From Clostridium sp. (GTDB lineage Bacteria; Bacillota; Clostridia; Clostridiales; Clostridiaceae), in contig NZ_DAIQBT010000012.1 of the NCBI RefSeq assembly GCF_036781005.1, forward strand, positions 3,047-67,046: DNA of 64,000 bases, written 5' to 3'. Made by a program: the position numbers and the translations under genes. This document shows, piece by piece, positions 1 through 9,483 of the stretch. Position 1 is the first letter of the stretch. Each line of letters starts with the position of its first letter. The notes beneath the pieces were generated by a model. That model made no database searches and was not told the DNA's origin. It saw nothing but the letters and a program-made list of their open reading frames with translations.

Positions 1-1
1 A

Positions 2-547
2 AACGCCCCAGATAGCGGCTATTGCAGTGGAAATGATGTACTGCTTTTATTTAAGGCAGGAATAAGAAATAACGAGAAGATAGACGACATAAAAGATACA
101 GGAAGCAGTACTACAGTTAGTATTACAAATACCAACTCCGTGGATTGGGCAGGACGTAATATAAGATCTGGTTCTTCTAAGGTATATATACCACCTATGA
201 CTAGGTCAGATTTATGGTCTGCTAAAAGTTCAAATGGTAATACTGTAACTATAGTGTTTAATCAGGATATTGATAATGATATAAAAACTTCTTATATGGA
301 TGATTTTATATTTAAAAATAACGATACTGGAAAGGAATTGAATCCAACTGGAGTAACCATAGATGGAAGAAAGGTAATTTATAGATTCAACAATGGAACT
401 TTTGAAGATGGGGATAAAATTTCTGTTTATGCCAATAGTGATAGTTCTAAAATTAATGTAAGAAGTGAAAAACACGATGATTCAGGATATACACTTTATT
501 CACCATCCAATGAAGATCTGGATGGAAGAACTATAACTGCTGATTAG
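2..547 (+). CDS. 3' end of a large secreted/surface protein with Ig-like beta-sandwich repeats (partial)
   Basis: Frame of ORF 140..547 is open back to base 2; Asn/Thr/Asp-rich beta-type sequence (VTIVFNQDI, GVTIDGRKVIY); next to cell-wall protein genes. Confidence 0.6.
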   Translation, partial: NAPDSGYCSGNDVLLLFKAGIRNNEKIDDIKDTGSSTTVSITNTNSVDWAGRNIRSGSSKVYIPPMTRSDLWSAKSSNGNTVTIVFNQDIDNDIKTSYMDDFIFKNNDTGKELNPTGVTIDGRKVIYRFNNGTFEDGDKISVYANSDSSKINVRSEKHDDSGYTLYSPSNEDLDGRTITAD

Positions 548-560
548 TAAATCGGAGATT

Positions 561-639
561 AATTTACAATTTTTAATTCACAGTTCACAATTTGGTAGGA
601 TTTTTTGGAAAAAATCTATCAAACTGCGAACTGTGAATT
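561..639. repeat. Heptamer-built hairpin repeat, family 1 copy A
   Basis: Left arm AATTTAC AATTTTT AATTCAC AGTTCAC AATT; right arm AACT GCGAACT GTGAATT; core GGATTTTTT-GG-AAAAAATC. Confidence 0.75.
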
Positions 640-679
640 ATAAAAACCTTTTTCTTGAATTCAAGAAAAAGGTTTTTAT
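640..679. terminator. Bidirectional terminator, perfect 40-bp palindrome
   Basis: ATAAAAACCTTTTTCTTGAA|TTCAAGAAAAAGGTTTTTAT between convergent genes. Confidence 0.85.
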
Positions 680-682
680 TAA

Positions 683-2239
683 TTATTTCTGTAAATTGTC
701 TAAAGCTGAAGTAATATAGGTATATAAATTGCTTATTCCTTCATTTCCACCTTTTATATTTAAAATTGTATCCATTTCCTCAGCTAGATTTTTAAGCTTA
801 TCCTCTTCTTCATTTATTTTATCTAAATCTGAAGTATCCACTGCATCTTTAAGAGCAGTAAATATATCATTGCAGTTATTCATATAATTCAATACTTTGC
901 CTGCAGTTTCAATTTCAATAATTATGCTGTCTAAATATTGCTTGTTTAGAGATTCCAAACCTTCTGGTACGGAGAGGTTGGAAACCTTGTCTTTAAGTAC
1001 AGTCAGTTCATTTTTGTAATCAGATAAATAGGAAATGTCTTCTTGAAATAATTCAGTTAGATTTCCAAGTTCCTGGGATATTTCATCAGCACTAGCTGCA
1101 GAATTTAAATCTACCAGTGTATCATTAATAGTAATATAGTTTTCACCTAATTGTTCTGATATATAGGTGCTTTTATCGTTATACGATTCACAGTAAGTTT
1201 TTAAATTGTTTACATAGTTTTTTTCAGATTTTACTACATCTGATGGAGATTTTAGTAAGTACTCTGTAGGGAGATCTATAACACCTATACCTCCTAGTAG
1301 TATTATATTTTTATATTTTTTTTCATCTATAAGGTTCTTCTGGATGGATATATCACTGCTGTCTGTAAGAAGAATAGGGGCAGTTAACTTAGAGGCTAGG
1401 GCACTTCCGGATAATGCATCAGGAAAGTTTTCACCATTTGCAAGTACTGCTGTGTCTGTATCTATATCAAAATATTTGCATATATTTAGTGAAGTTTCAT
1501 ATCTGGTTTGACCACTTATTCTTATTATGTTTTTATCTTCCAGGGAAGGAACAAGAGATTTTAACTGGTTTATTACTTCATCCTTTACGGAACCTTGTCC
1601 ACCTAGTATATACACATTGTCAGGAGCAATATCTGAAATAAGATCTCTGGTTTCCTCCGGCAGACAAGTATCTCCCGTCATAAATATGGGATATCCTTTT
1701 GAAGAAGCTGTACTTGATACACTCAGGGCATCTGCAAATCCCCATCCATTTGCAATAACTATAGGGGTTCCTTTTTCCACTTCCATGGAATTTATTATAG
1801 ATTTATTGGTATCAAATCTATTTTTCCCTCCAAGTCGTATAATATTTTTATATCCTGATTGTTCCATATAATTTAAAAATTCATCACTTATTGAGGCTGT
1901 ACCGCCTAAAGCATACAAAGTTCCAGATTTACTTAAATGATTTTTTATATACTCTATAGCATCAGAATTTTCACTTGAATTGTTATTTATAAGGAGTATA
2001 GGAGCGTTGTATTTTTTTGATAAAACACTTCCTCCTAAAGCGTCTGGAAAATTTTCTCCGCTGGCAAGTATTATATTGTTCAGAGTTCCCTGTTGAAAGT
2101 TGTCTGAAATTTTTATAGAAGTTTCGTATCTGTCAGTGCCTGCAAATCTTTTTACCTTATATGTAGTTTTGGCATAGGCAATGTTTGATATACAGAATAT
2201 GAAAATTATTGATAGGGTTAATCCTGTTAATTTTTTCAT
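683..2239 (-). CDS. Cell wall-binding repeat 2 (CWB2) protein with helical C-terminal domain
   Basis: Signal peptide; three CWB2 repeats (RFAGTDRYETS..ASGENFPDAL..APILL; RLGGKNRFDT; RISGQTRYETS..FPDALSG..APILL); start moved to ATG after AAGGAG. Confidence 0.9.
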   Translation of the reverse strand: MKKLTGLTLSIIFIFCISNIAYAKTTYKVKRFAGTDRYETSIKISDNFQQGTLNNIILASGENFPDALGGSVLSKKYNAPILLINNNSSENSDAIEYIKNHLSKSGTLYALGGTASISDEFLNYMEQSGYKNIIRLGGKNRFDTNKSIINSMEVEKGTPIVIANGWGFADALSVSSTASSKGYPIFMTGDTCLPEETRDLISDIAPDNVYILGGQGSVKDEVINQLKSLVPSLEDKNIIRISGQTRYETSLNICKYFDIDTDTAVLANGENFPDALSGSALASKLTAPILLTDSSDISIQKNLIDEKKYKNIILLGGIGVIDLPTEYLLKSPSDVVKSEKNYVNNLKTYCESYNDKSTYISEQLGENYITINDTLVDLNSAASADEISQELGNLTELFQEDISYLSDYKNELTVLKDKVSNLSVPEGLESLNKQYLDSIIIEIETAGKVLNYMNNCNDIFTALKDAVDTSDLDKINEEEDKLKNLAEEMDTILNIKGGNEGISNLYTYITSALDNLQK

Positions 2240-2485
2240 TAAGTTTACATCTCCTTTTGTAAATAATATATATTCAAATTCTAACATAAATATAAAAAAT
2301 ACTGTATAGATAAATTATGGCCGTTTTTTAATGTGTAATAATTAAAAAGCACTTCTGTAAAATTTTACATAGTGGTAATTATAATCCTAACTATGGAAAT
2401 ATAACTATAATTGTGGTAAAATCAGTTCATGATTGAAATATTATATTTGTTAAGAAAATATTTTAATATATGGAAGGAGGAAAAT

Positions 2486-3613
2486 ATGAATAAGATTAAG
2501 ATACTTGCTGCTGCAGTTGCTTTGAGTTTTTGTACGAGTACTATGGTTTTTGCACAGGGAAATACATTAGATATTGACAGCTTTATAAGCAACAATATCA
2601 GTGACACCTATAAAGTTAAAAAGGCGGATATTTCCATAAAACAGGCTGAAAATTCCCATGATCAGGCTGTTAAAAACGCCAGTAGTTATTCAGACCAGTT
2701 CAATGATGATTTGGATAGTTATACTAAACTGACTATCAGGCAGCAGATAGCTATTACTCCCCGTCAGGCTGAATTTTCTATTTATAAATATACCAAGGAA
2801 AAAGAAATTGTTGAAAACAAAGTTAAATTGGATGCATATACTCAATATGAGGCTATTATGAATACTAAAGATGTATTGGAGCTGCAGCAGCAAAAATTTG
2901 ATCATTCTGAACAGCTTTATAATAGTGCAAAATTAAAATTAAATCTGGGAGTTGTCACAGAGGCAGATGTAAAACAGGCGGAGGCAGCTTATTATGATGC
3001 AAAGGCTCAGCTTAACAAAGCACAAAGAGGGTATGATATTCAGATTATGAAATTAAACCAGATATTTGATATAGATGTATATGTAAAATATGATACTCTT
3101 CTTAAGGATAAAGTTGCTGAAACACCTTATATAAGAAGTTATGATGATTATTTAAATGATGCACTTGAAAATAGAGGAGAAATTGTAATAGGTCAGGAAA
3201 ATATAAAGTTAAAGGAGTTTGAGTATAATATCATAAAAGGAATATACCCATCTAAATATGAGACTAGTAATAAAATTGGACAGTATAATTTAGATAAAGC
3301 CAAGGACACTCTGGAATTGGACAAATTGTATATAGCAAATAATATAAATGAACTTTATAATAATTTACAGGTTAAGTGTAAAGCTTTGGATTCAAAAAAA
3401 GATACACTCAAACTTACTGAGACAAATTACAATATTGCGCTTGCAAAATATAATGCAGGGGTAATGAGTAGAATAGACTTTGACTCACAAAAGATAGGTC
3501 TTAGAGCTGCTCAAAATGATTTAAAATCACTTCAGAGAGATATATGGATAGCGCAGTTTCAATTAAATATTGCCTGCGGTATGGGAAGTGATACATCTAA
3601 AATTACATATTAG
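2486..3613 (+). CDS. TolC/outer-membrane-efflux-family-like secreted helical protein
   Basis: Signal peptide; two OEP-like repeats (AKLKLNLGVVTEADV; ALAKYNAGVMSRIDF); RBS AAGGAGG. Confidence 0.75.
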   Translation: MNKIKILAAAVALSFCTSTMVFAQGNTLDIDSFISNNISDTYKVKKADISIKQAENSHDQAVKNASSYSDQFNDDLDSYTKLTIRQQIAITPRQAEFSIYKYTKEKEIVENKVKLDAYTQYEAIMNTKDVLELQQQKFDHSEQLYNSAKLKLNLGVVTEADVKQAEAAYYDAKAQLNKAQRGYDIQIMKLNQIFDIDVYVKYDTLLKDKVAETPYIRSYDDYLNDALENRGEIVIGQENIKLKEFEYNIIKGIYPSKYETSNKIGQYNLDKAKDTLELDKLYIANNINELYNNLQVKCKALDSKKDTLKLTETNYNIALAKYNAGVMSRIDFDSQKIGLRAAQNDLKSLQRDIWIAQFQLNIACGMGSDTSKITY

Positions 3614-3635
3614 AAGTCAGAAGGAGGTAGAAGCG

Positions 3636-4817
3636 GTGAAAAAAAATTTAAGTATAGTAATTGGACTTGCTATGGCTATTAGTATGGGCACCAGCTGTTT
3701 TGCAAAAGATGAGGTATCCTCGTCTGGTACTACAGAGTCTACAGTATCTCAGGATATTAGTGATTATAGTAATTTTACTTTGGACAATTTATTGAAACTT
3801 ATAGAAACAAATAATAAGGAAATACAAATGATAGATCAGAAAATACTGCTTTATCAGAGACAGTTTGACAGAGATCACCAAAATGCACTTTCATATGCTG
3901 ATAAGAACAAATCAAACTATCCTGCAGGGCAGTACGCATCTATAAAAGTTTTAATGGATGTTGTACCAAGGCAAGATCAGCAAAATATAAAAGATGCTGA
4001 AAATGAAAGAAAAGAAACATTGCAAAATATAAAATTTTCCTTAGAAGGACAATATTTAAATGCAGTAAGCTGCCAACGTCAAATAGCTGTTATAAATTCC
4101 CAGATAGAAAATATGGATAAACAAATTGAACAAACAAATGCTAAAATAAAACAGGGACAATTAACAAGTGATGCTCTTGAGAATCTTGAAGTACAAAAAA
4201 GCAATTTTATAACTTCACTTAATACTCCAAAGGCTCAACTGCAGCAGTATGAACTAAATATAAAACAAGCTATAAATGTTGATTTAAATATGGATGTAAC
4301 CTTGCAAGAGATAGGAAGGGAATTTGCAAAATTTGATGACAGTAATATACAGTCAAGAATTGATCAGGCGGTTAACAATTGCTATGACCTTCAAAAGATA
4401 ACCAACAATATTGAAACGCTTAAAATACAAGAAGCTATATATAAAAAATATTCCTATAATGATGCTACCGGTGAAGTAAGTGCAGGCCTTAATATACAAG
4501 ATGCCCAAAATTCTATTTACACCACTCAATTAGGTAAAAGAGTTGAGTTATGGAATCAGTATTACACCCTTAAAAATAGTGAGGATACAGTGAATACTCA
4601 GCAGATAAAAGTAGATAATGCGAAAATGAATTATGATATTGCACAGGCTAAGGTTAATGCAGGAGTTTTAACTCAGGTAGAATTGGATTCTTATGCCCTT
4701 GCCCTTGAAAGTGAAAATGTGAATTTAAAAAATGCAGTGGATAATTATATGATACTATCAGATCAATTTGAATATGCTCTGACTAAGGATCTTCCAGCAA
4801 CTTCATCAAATGATTAG
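3636..4817 (+). CDS. TolC/outer-membrane-efflux-family-like secreted helical protein
   Basis: Signal peptide; repeats TNAKIKQGQLTSDAL and AQAKVNAGVLTQVEL; GTG start after AAGGAGG. Confidence 0.75.
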   Translation: MKKNLSIVIGLAMAISMGTSCFAKDEVSSSGTTESTVSQDISDYSNFTLDNLLKLIETNNKEIQMIDQKILLYQRQFDRDHQNALSYADKNKSNYPAGQYASIKVLMDVVPRQDQQNIKDAENERKETLQNIKFSLEGQYLNAVSCQRQIAVINSQIENMDKQIEQTNAKIKQGQLTSDALENLEVQKSNFITSLNTPKAQLQQYELNIKQAINVDLNMDVTLQEIGREFAKFDDSNIQSRIDQAVNNCYDLQKITNNIETLKIQEAIYKKYSYNDATGEVSAGLNIQDAQNSIYTTQLGKRVELWNQYYTLKNSEDTVNTQQIKVDNAKMNYDIAQAKVNAGVLTQVELDSYALALESENVNLKNAVDNYMILSDQFEYALTKDLPATSSND

Positions 4818-4856
4818 ATTCATGTGGAGTTTGATATAGAGAATACTTGAAAGTCT

Positions 4857-4903
4857 AACATACAGCATCATTAAGCGTTACTTTAATGGTGCTGTATGTT
4901 TTT
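4857..4903 (+). terminator. Rho-independent terminator
   Basis: AACATACAGCATCATTAA / TTAATGGTGCTGTATGTT stem followed by T run. Confidence 0.8.
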
Positions 4904-5009
4904 CCAGTTCTGCTGCGAAAAATTTTCTTGGATTTTTAACTTTTTATGAATAACCATCTCAGGTAACTCTTAAATTATAATAAGTATGATAGAATAGATT
5001 TACTTGTTT

Positions 5010-5092
5010 AATTGACAAAGCACAATTGATTGTAGATTTTTCACAGAAAAATATTCTCCTAATTGTGAACTGTGAATTGAAAATGGTGAATT
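5010..5092. repeat. Heptamer-built hairpin repeat, family 1 copy B
   Basis: AATTGAC AAAGCAC AATT..TAGATTTTTC-ACA-GAAAAAT..AATT GTGAACT GTGAATT GAAAATG GTGAATT. Confidence 0.7.
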
Positions 5093-5113
5093 GATCTAAA
5101 GGGTGGTGGATTT

Positions 5114-5542
5114 ATGAAAGACAAGCTTAAATTACTAAAAGATAAACTACTTAAAAGTAAAGCCAGAATATTAGGAATTATCATAGTTATTTTAGTAATT
5201 ATTGCAGGTATAACAGGATATTTTTATCATAAAAAGTTGGTAGAATCAAGGGATCCTGTTAAAATTGAAGCAGCTAAGACAGATAAAAAGCTTGGCATAA
5301 CTGAAGATGAAAGTAACACTAAAAAGCTTAAGAGAGAAGATATTATATTAAATGGAAGGATATATACGCAAAATAATAAGGTTATAGTTACTATGGTAAT
5401 TAAAGAAGGAGTCAGTGACCAAAAAGTAAAGGAACTGGCACAGGAGTATGGCAAAAATCTGAAAGAAAAATATGAGAAGATGCCAGTTAATGTAATAGCA
5501 GTAAGAGGTAATAAAAAAGTATTGGATATAACTGTAAAGTAA
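5114..5542 (+). CDS. Hypothetical membrane-anchored protein
   Basis: Basic N-terminus, one TM helix, small extracellular alpha/beta domain; RBS present. Confidence 0.7.
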   Translation: MKDKLKLLKDKLLKSKARILGIIIVILVIIAGITGYFYHKKLVESRDPVKIEAAKTDKKLGITEDESNTKKLKREDIILNGRIYTQNNKVIVTMVIKEGVSDQKVKELAQEYGKNLKEKYEKMPVNVIAVRGNKKVLDITVK

Positions 5543-5554
5543 TTGAAGAGCTAC

Positions 5555-5631
5555 AATGTATAATATATAGTTCACAATTAAGGACAATTTTCTGCCCTTG
5601 TAGTTTGGAAAAATCTATTTATAGATTTTTC
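5555..5631. repeat. Family 1 repeat, left arm and core only (copy C-left)
   Basis: AATGTAT AATATAT AGTTCAC AATT then GAAAAATCTAT-TT-ATAGATTTTTC; no adjacent right arm. Confidence 0.6.
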
Positions 5632-5698
5632 TTTTTTCATGTTTAATTTATAAACAATATGTTAAAATTAAAATATAATAATAAAAGGAGTGATATTT

Positions 5699-6265
5699 GT
5701 GACCATTCCTATTAAAAAAGAAAAATATACCTATAAAGATTATTTAAGTTGGAAAGAAGATAATAAGTGGGAAATAATAGATGGTGAAGTTTATGCAATG
5801 AGTCCAGCTCCTTCAAGAATACATCAAGAGATATCAGGAAATTTATTTTTTTATATAAAGACATATTTATTAGATAAAACTTGTAAAGTATATGCGGCAC
5901 CTTTTGATGTTAGGTTGTGTGATGAAGAGGAGGATGAAAAAATAAAGAATGTGGTTCAGCCAGATATTACAGTTGTATGTGATGAAGATAAGTTGGATTA
6001 TAGAGGAGCTAAAGGAGCTCCAGATTTCATAATTGAAATAGTTTCGCCATCTTCAACTTTTTTGGATTATGTAAAAAAGCTTAATTTATATGGAGAATAT
6101 GGAGTCAGAGAATATTGGATTGTGGATCCCAAAGATGAAAATGTTTTAGTTTATAAAGTTAGTGAAGATGGGAAGTACGGTAAACCACAAATTTATAATA
6201 ATACAGATGAAATAAAGGTTAGTATTTTTGAAGATCTGGTTATTGATTTAAAAAAGATTTTTTAG
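5699..6265 (+). CDS. Uma2-family (PD-(D/E)XK) putative endonuclease
   Basis: WEIIDGEVYAMSPAP..H, VQPD, GAPDFIIEIVSPS, K..LY..GVREYWIVDP; GTG after AAGGAG. Confidence 0.92.
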   Translation: MTIPIKKEKYTYKDYLSWKEDNKWEIIDGEVYAMSPAPSRIHQEISGNLFFYIKTYLLDKTCKVYAAPFDVRLCDEEEDEKIKNVVQPDITVVCDEDKLDYRGAKGAPDFIIEIVSPSSTFLDYVKKLNLYGEYGVREYWIVDPKDENVLVYKVSEDGKYGKPQIYNNTDEIKVSIFEDLVIDLKKIF

Positions 6266-6302
6266 ACGGGATTGTGAAAACTATAGAAATATTAGAACCA
6301 AT

Positions 6303-6347
6303 AAAAACGACAATAGGGAAGGTATATGTTTCACTATTGTCGTTTTT
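6303..6347. terminator. Bidirectional terminator
   Basis: AAAAACGACAATAG / CTATTGTCGTTTTT between convergent genes. Confidence 0.8.
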
Positions 6348-6357
6348 GTTTCTTTTT

Positions 6358-6382
6358 AATTGTGTATTGTAAACTGTGAATT
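6358..6382. repeat. Family 1 repeat, isolated right arm (copy C-right)
   Basis: AATT GTGTATT GTAAACT GTGAATT. Confidence 0.55.
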
Positions 6383-6395
6383 TATAATGTGTTTT

Positions 6396-8150
6396 CTAGT
6401 TGGTAATTGAAAAATGAATCTTTATAACAGAAGGTTTTAAGGTGTTTCCATCTGTATCTCTAAAGGTGTATTTTCCGTTGCTCAGTACCGTGATGGTATA
6501 GGTTTCATCAGCCTCATAACCATTATAAGGGGGATTTATTACTATGGTATCCGGACTTTCAAAAGTAAAAGAGACATTTTTGTATTTTCCACTGCTGTCA
6601 GTGACTTTAATATTATCTGTCATAGTCATGTCCATATTATTTAATACTTCATCATCAGGGTCTTTGGTGATTTTATCTTTAAGAGATTTACTGAATTTTA
6701 TTTTCCATATTTTAAAAGGATCGGTTATAGTGCTGCCTGGTATGAATTTTATATGGGAATTTTTTACGAGACTACATCTACCTTCTTTTATAATAAGTGC
6801 ATATCCATTGTTAAAAGAAGAAACACTGTTAAAATCATAGGAAATAAAAGTAGAATTTTGCCTGTCTATATATCCCCATTTTAAATGTTTTTTTATAAAA
6901 CTTGTGTCATCTGAATCTTCAATATTTGAAGAACCCGTATTTTTTTCCACAGCTGCATAACCTTCATTAAAATCATAAGCACTGTTGAATATAGGTTCAA
7001 TGACTATATCCCCACTATCATTTATAAATCCAAATTTATTGTCTTTTTGTACTCTGGCTAGTCCTTCACTGAAAGCATAAATTCTATTGAATTGTGATTT
7101 AGAGGTTGATTTGCCTTTTGCATCTATAAATCCATAGGTACTGCCTAACTTTGTAATGGCTTTTCCCTCCTTATAATTATCTATCCAATCGAATTTGGGT
7201 TGTACTATTATTTTACCTGAAGAGTCTATAACTCCATACTTTTTATTTTTATATATTAAGGATATACCATCTTCATTAGGTATAATAGAGTCATAATCCA
7301 TACTTAAAATTGTATTGCCTTCTTTGTCTATAATTCCATACTTGCCGCCGCTGGAGACTTTAATAAGATTTTTATTTAATATGGATATATATTTGTAATC
7401 AGGTTTTAAAATTATAGTTCCATTTATATCTGAAAGCCCCCATTTATTATTTTGTTTTATAGGTACCATTCCTTGAGAAGGAGATCTTATTTCCTCAAAA
7501 TTAAAAGGTATAAAGGTTCCCTTATCATTTATAAGTCCCCAGGAAGTACCCTTTTTTACTGCAGCATAATTTTCCTGAAAGTTATAGGCATTATCATATA
7601 TACAATCTGAGATTATATTTCCCCTGCTGTCTAAAAATCCAAATTTGTTATCTTTTTTTATCATCATAAATCCGTCTTCAAAATTATATGCTGTATCAAA
7701 TTTAGGTTCTATAACCATATTCCCAAAACGGTTTATTATACCCCAGTTAGAACCTGTATTTACGGCAGCTACTCCTTCCTTGGAAAAATCTCCTATATCT
7801 TTGAATTGGGGTTGTGCTATAATCTCTCCTTTTGAATTTATAACACCTACTTTTGAACCCTTGGAAACTTTGGCGTATCCATTTTTGAAGGAAGATATGG
7901 AAGTGAATTGTGGGGTTAATATTACTGTTCCATTTGTATCTAAAATACCGTAAACACCATCTTTTTTGAATTTTGCAAGGCCGTTATTTTCAAAGGCATA
8001 TATATTGTCAGCAGATAAATTCAAATCTGTTATGGAATATTTATTACTGTTTGCCGCCAGTGCTTCATGAGAATTTTGAAATGATGTATAACTTAAGATA
8101 AATAGAGAAGTTAGAACTAAACTGCAGCATTTATTAAAAAAACTTTTCAA
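6396..8150 (-). CDS. Secreted WG-repeat protein with C-terminal Ig-like domain
   Basis: Signal peptide; many K(W/Y/F)G-x-I-D-xxG-xxxI-xPxF repeats; C-terminal WKIKFSK..IKVTDSSG..IVINPP. Confidence 0.88.
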   Translation of the reverse strand: MKSFFNKCCSLVLTSLFILSYTSFQNSHEALAANSNKYSITDLNLSADNIYAFENNGLAKFKKDGVYGILDTNGTVILTPQFTSISSFKNGYAKVSKGSKVGVINSKGEIIAQPQFKDIGDFSKEGVAAVNTGSNWGIINRFGNMVIEPKFDTAYNFEDGFMMIKKDNKFGFLDSRGNIISDCIYDNAYNFQENYAAVKKGTSWGLINDKGTFIPFNFEEIRSPSQGMVPIKQNNKWGLSDINGTIILKPDYKYISILNKNLIKVSSGGKYGIIDKEGNTILSMDYDSIIPNEDGISLIYKNKKYGVIDSSGKIIVQPKFDWIDNYKEGKAITKLGSTYGFIDAKGKSTSKSQFNRIYAFSEGLARVQKDNKFGFINDSGDIVIEPIFNSAYDFNEGYAAVEKNTGSSNIEDSDDTSFIKKHLKWGYIDRQNSTFISYDFNSVSSFNNGYALIIKEGRCSLVKNSHIKFIPGSTITDPFKIWKIKFSKSLKDKITKDPDDEVLNNMDMTMTDNIKVTDSSGKYKNVSFTFESPDTIVINPPYNGYEADETYTITVLSNGKYTFRDTDGNTLKPSVIKIHFSITN

Positions 8151-8423
8151 AATTTTTCCCTCCCTATGTGTTTTTAGGTTATTATACCATATTATTCAGA
8201 CAGGAACTTTATAATTTGATATAATTATTTTGTGAAATTGTTACAGCTGCTATTGTAATGTAATATTAGAGAGAGGGCATATTATAAATATGAATTTTTA
8301 AGTAAAGAAGTTACTGTGAAAATTGCATTTGATTTTAGAAAATCCTTATGATATATTTAATTAAGATAAATTAAGAGAGTTAGAAGTTAAACGAGTTATT
8401 ATGAGAAATTTGGAGGTTTAATA

Positions 8424-9308
8424 ATGGTAAAGAAAACAGAACATGATAAGGAAAATGCTGGTGTAGAATATGTTTCCACAGTTCTCTCTCTTTTAGATGA
8501 AGAAGAAAATGTAGTTTCCGATGTACAAAAAGAAATTTTTGAAGATGAAATAAAAGAACTGCCCCCTATAGAGGAGGGACAACTTAATATATCAGGTATA
8601 TATTTTTATGATGTGGAGGATAAACTTGAAGTTAAAGTATATATAAGAAATGGACTTTCATACAATTTAAATTTAAATAAAATACCTCTTGTAATCACAA
8701 ATTCAAAAGGTGATGTTCTGGCATCTCAGAAGTTTAATTTGTCATCTCTTGGAACACTTCCACCACATTCAGCAAGACCATTGAAACTTTATTTTGATAA
8801 GAAAAATGTTAAGGTAGATAAAATAAACCAGGATGACTGGCAGGTTGCTTTGGATGGCGAATTTAATATAACTTCAAAGGTAAGTCCAAGATATGAAGGG
8901 CTTCCAGAGGATATAGATGTAAAGGACAAGCTTGTTTTTGATAAATTTTTAGAGGAACTTCCAGAGATGACAGAAGGGGAATTTTCCATATCTACTTTCA
9001 GTGTAGGTCTTCAAAAAAATGGGAATATATTAGTTACAGCAGTGATGAGAAATGCCACAGATAAACCAATTACTATTGATAAAATACCAATAACTGTGCT
9101 GGATGCAAAAAGAAGGGCTGTTAAATCAGAAAAATTTACATTAAATGATTTTACGGTGAGTCCTTATAGAGCCAAAATATGTAATTTTGCTTTTCCAACT
9201 AATGTACATCCTGAAGAAGATACCTCATTAGATGACTGGTCTGTGATTTATAAGTTGGTGAAGATAAATGGCGGCAAAAATGTTAAATTTGTGAAAACAA
9301 AAAAGTAA
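8424..9308 (+). CDS. Tandem SLAP-domain (S-layer assembly-type) protein
   Basis: Two repeats of VYIRNG/AVMRNA..KIPL/ITV..A..FxL..LPP.SARP. Confidence 0.75.
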   Translation: MVKKTEHDKENAGVEYVSTVLSLLDEEENVVSDVQKEIFEDEIKELPPIEEGQLNISGIYFYDVEDKLEVKVYIRNGLSYNLNLNKIPLVITNSKGDVLASQKFNLSSLGTLPPHSARPLKLYFDKKNVKVDKINQDDWQVALDGEFNITSKVSPRYEGLPEDIDVKDKLVFDKFLEELPEMTEGEFSISTFSVGLQKNGNILVTAVMRNATDKPITIDKIPITVLDAKRRAVKSEKFTLNDFTVSPYRAKICNFAFPTNVHPEEDTSLDDWSVIYKLVKINGGKNVKFVKTKK

Positions 9309-9320
9309 AGTTGAAAATTC

Positions 9321-9360
9321 AAAGGTTTATCCCAAATGTACTGACTTTGGGATAAACTTT
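9321..9360 (+). terminator. Rho-independent terminator
   Basis: AAAGGTTTATCCCAAA / TTTGGGATAAACTTT. Confidence 0.7.
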
Positions 9361-9483
9361 AATTTGTTTATATGACTTTTATCTAAATAATTTATAAATT
9401 TAAAATAATTGAAGATGTGTTATAATATATTAGAAAATAAATTGTTATATGAAGTTTACTTTAAAATTTGTAGGAGAAGAAAT

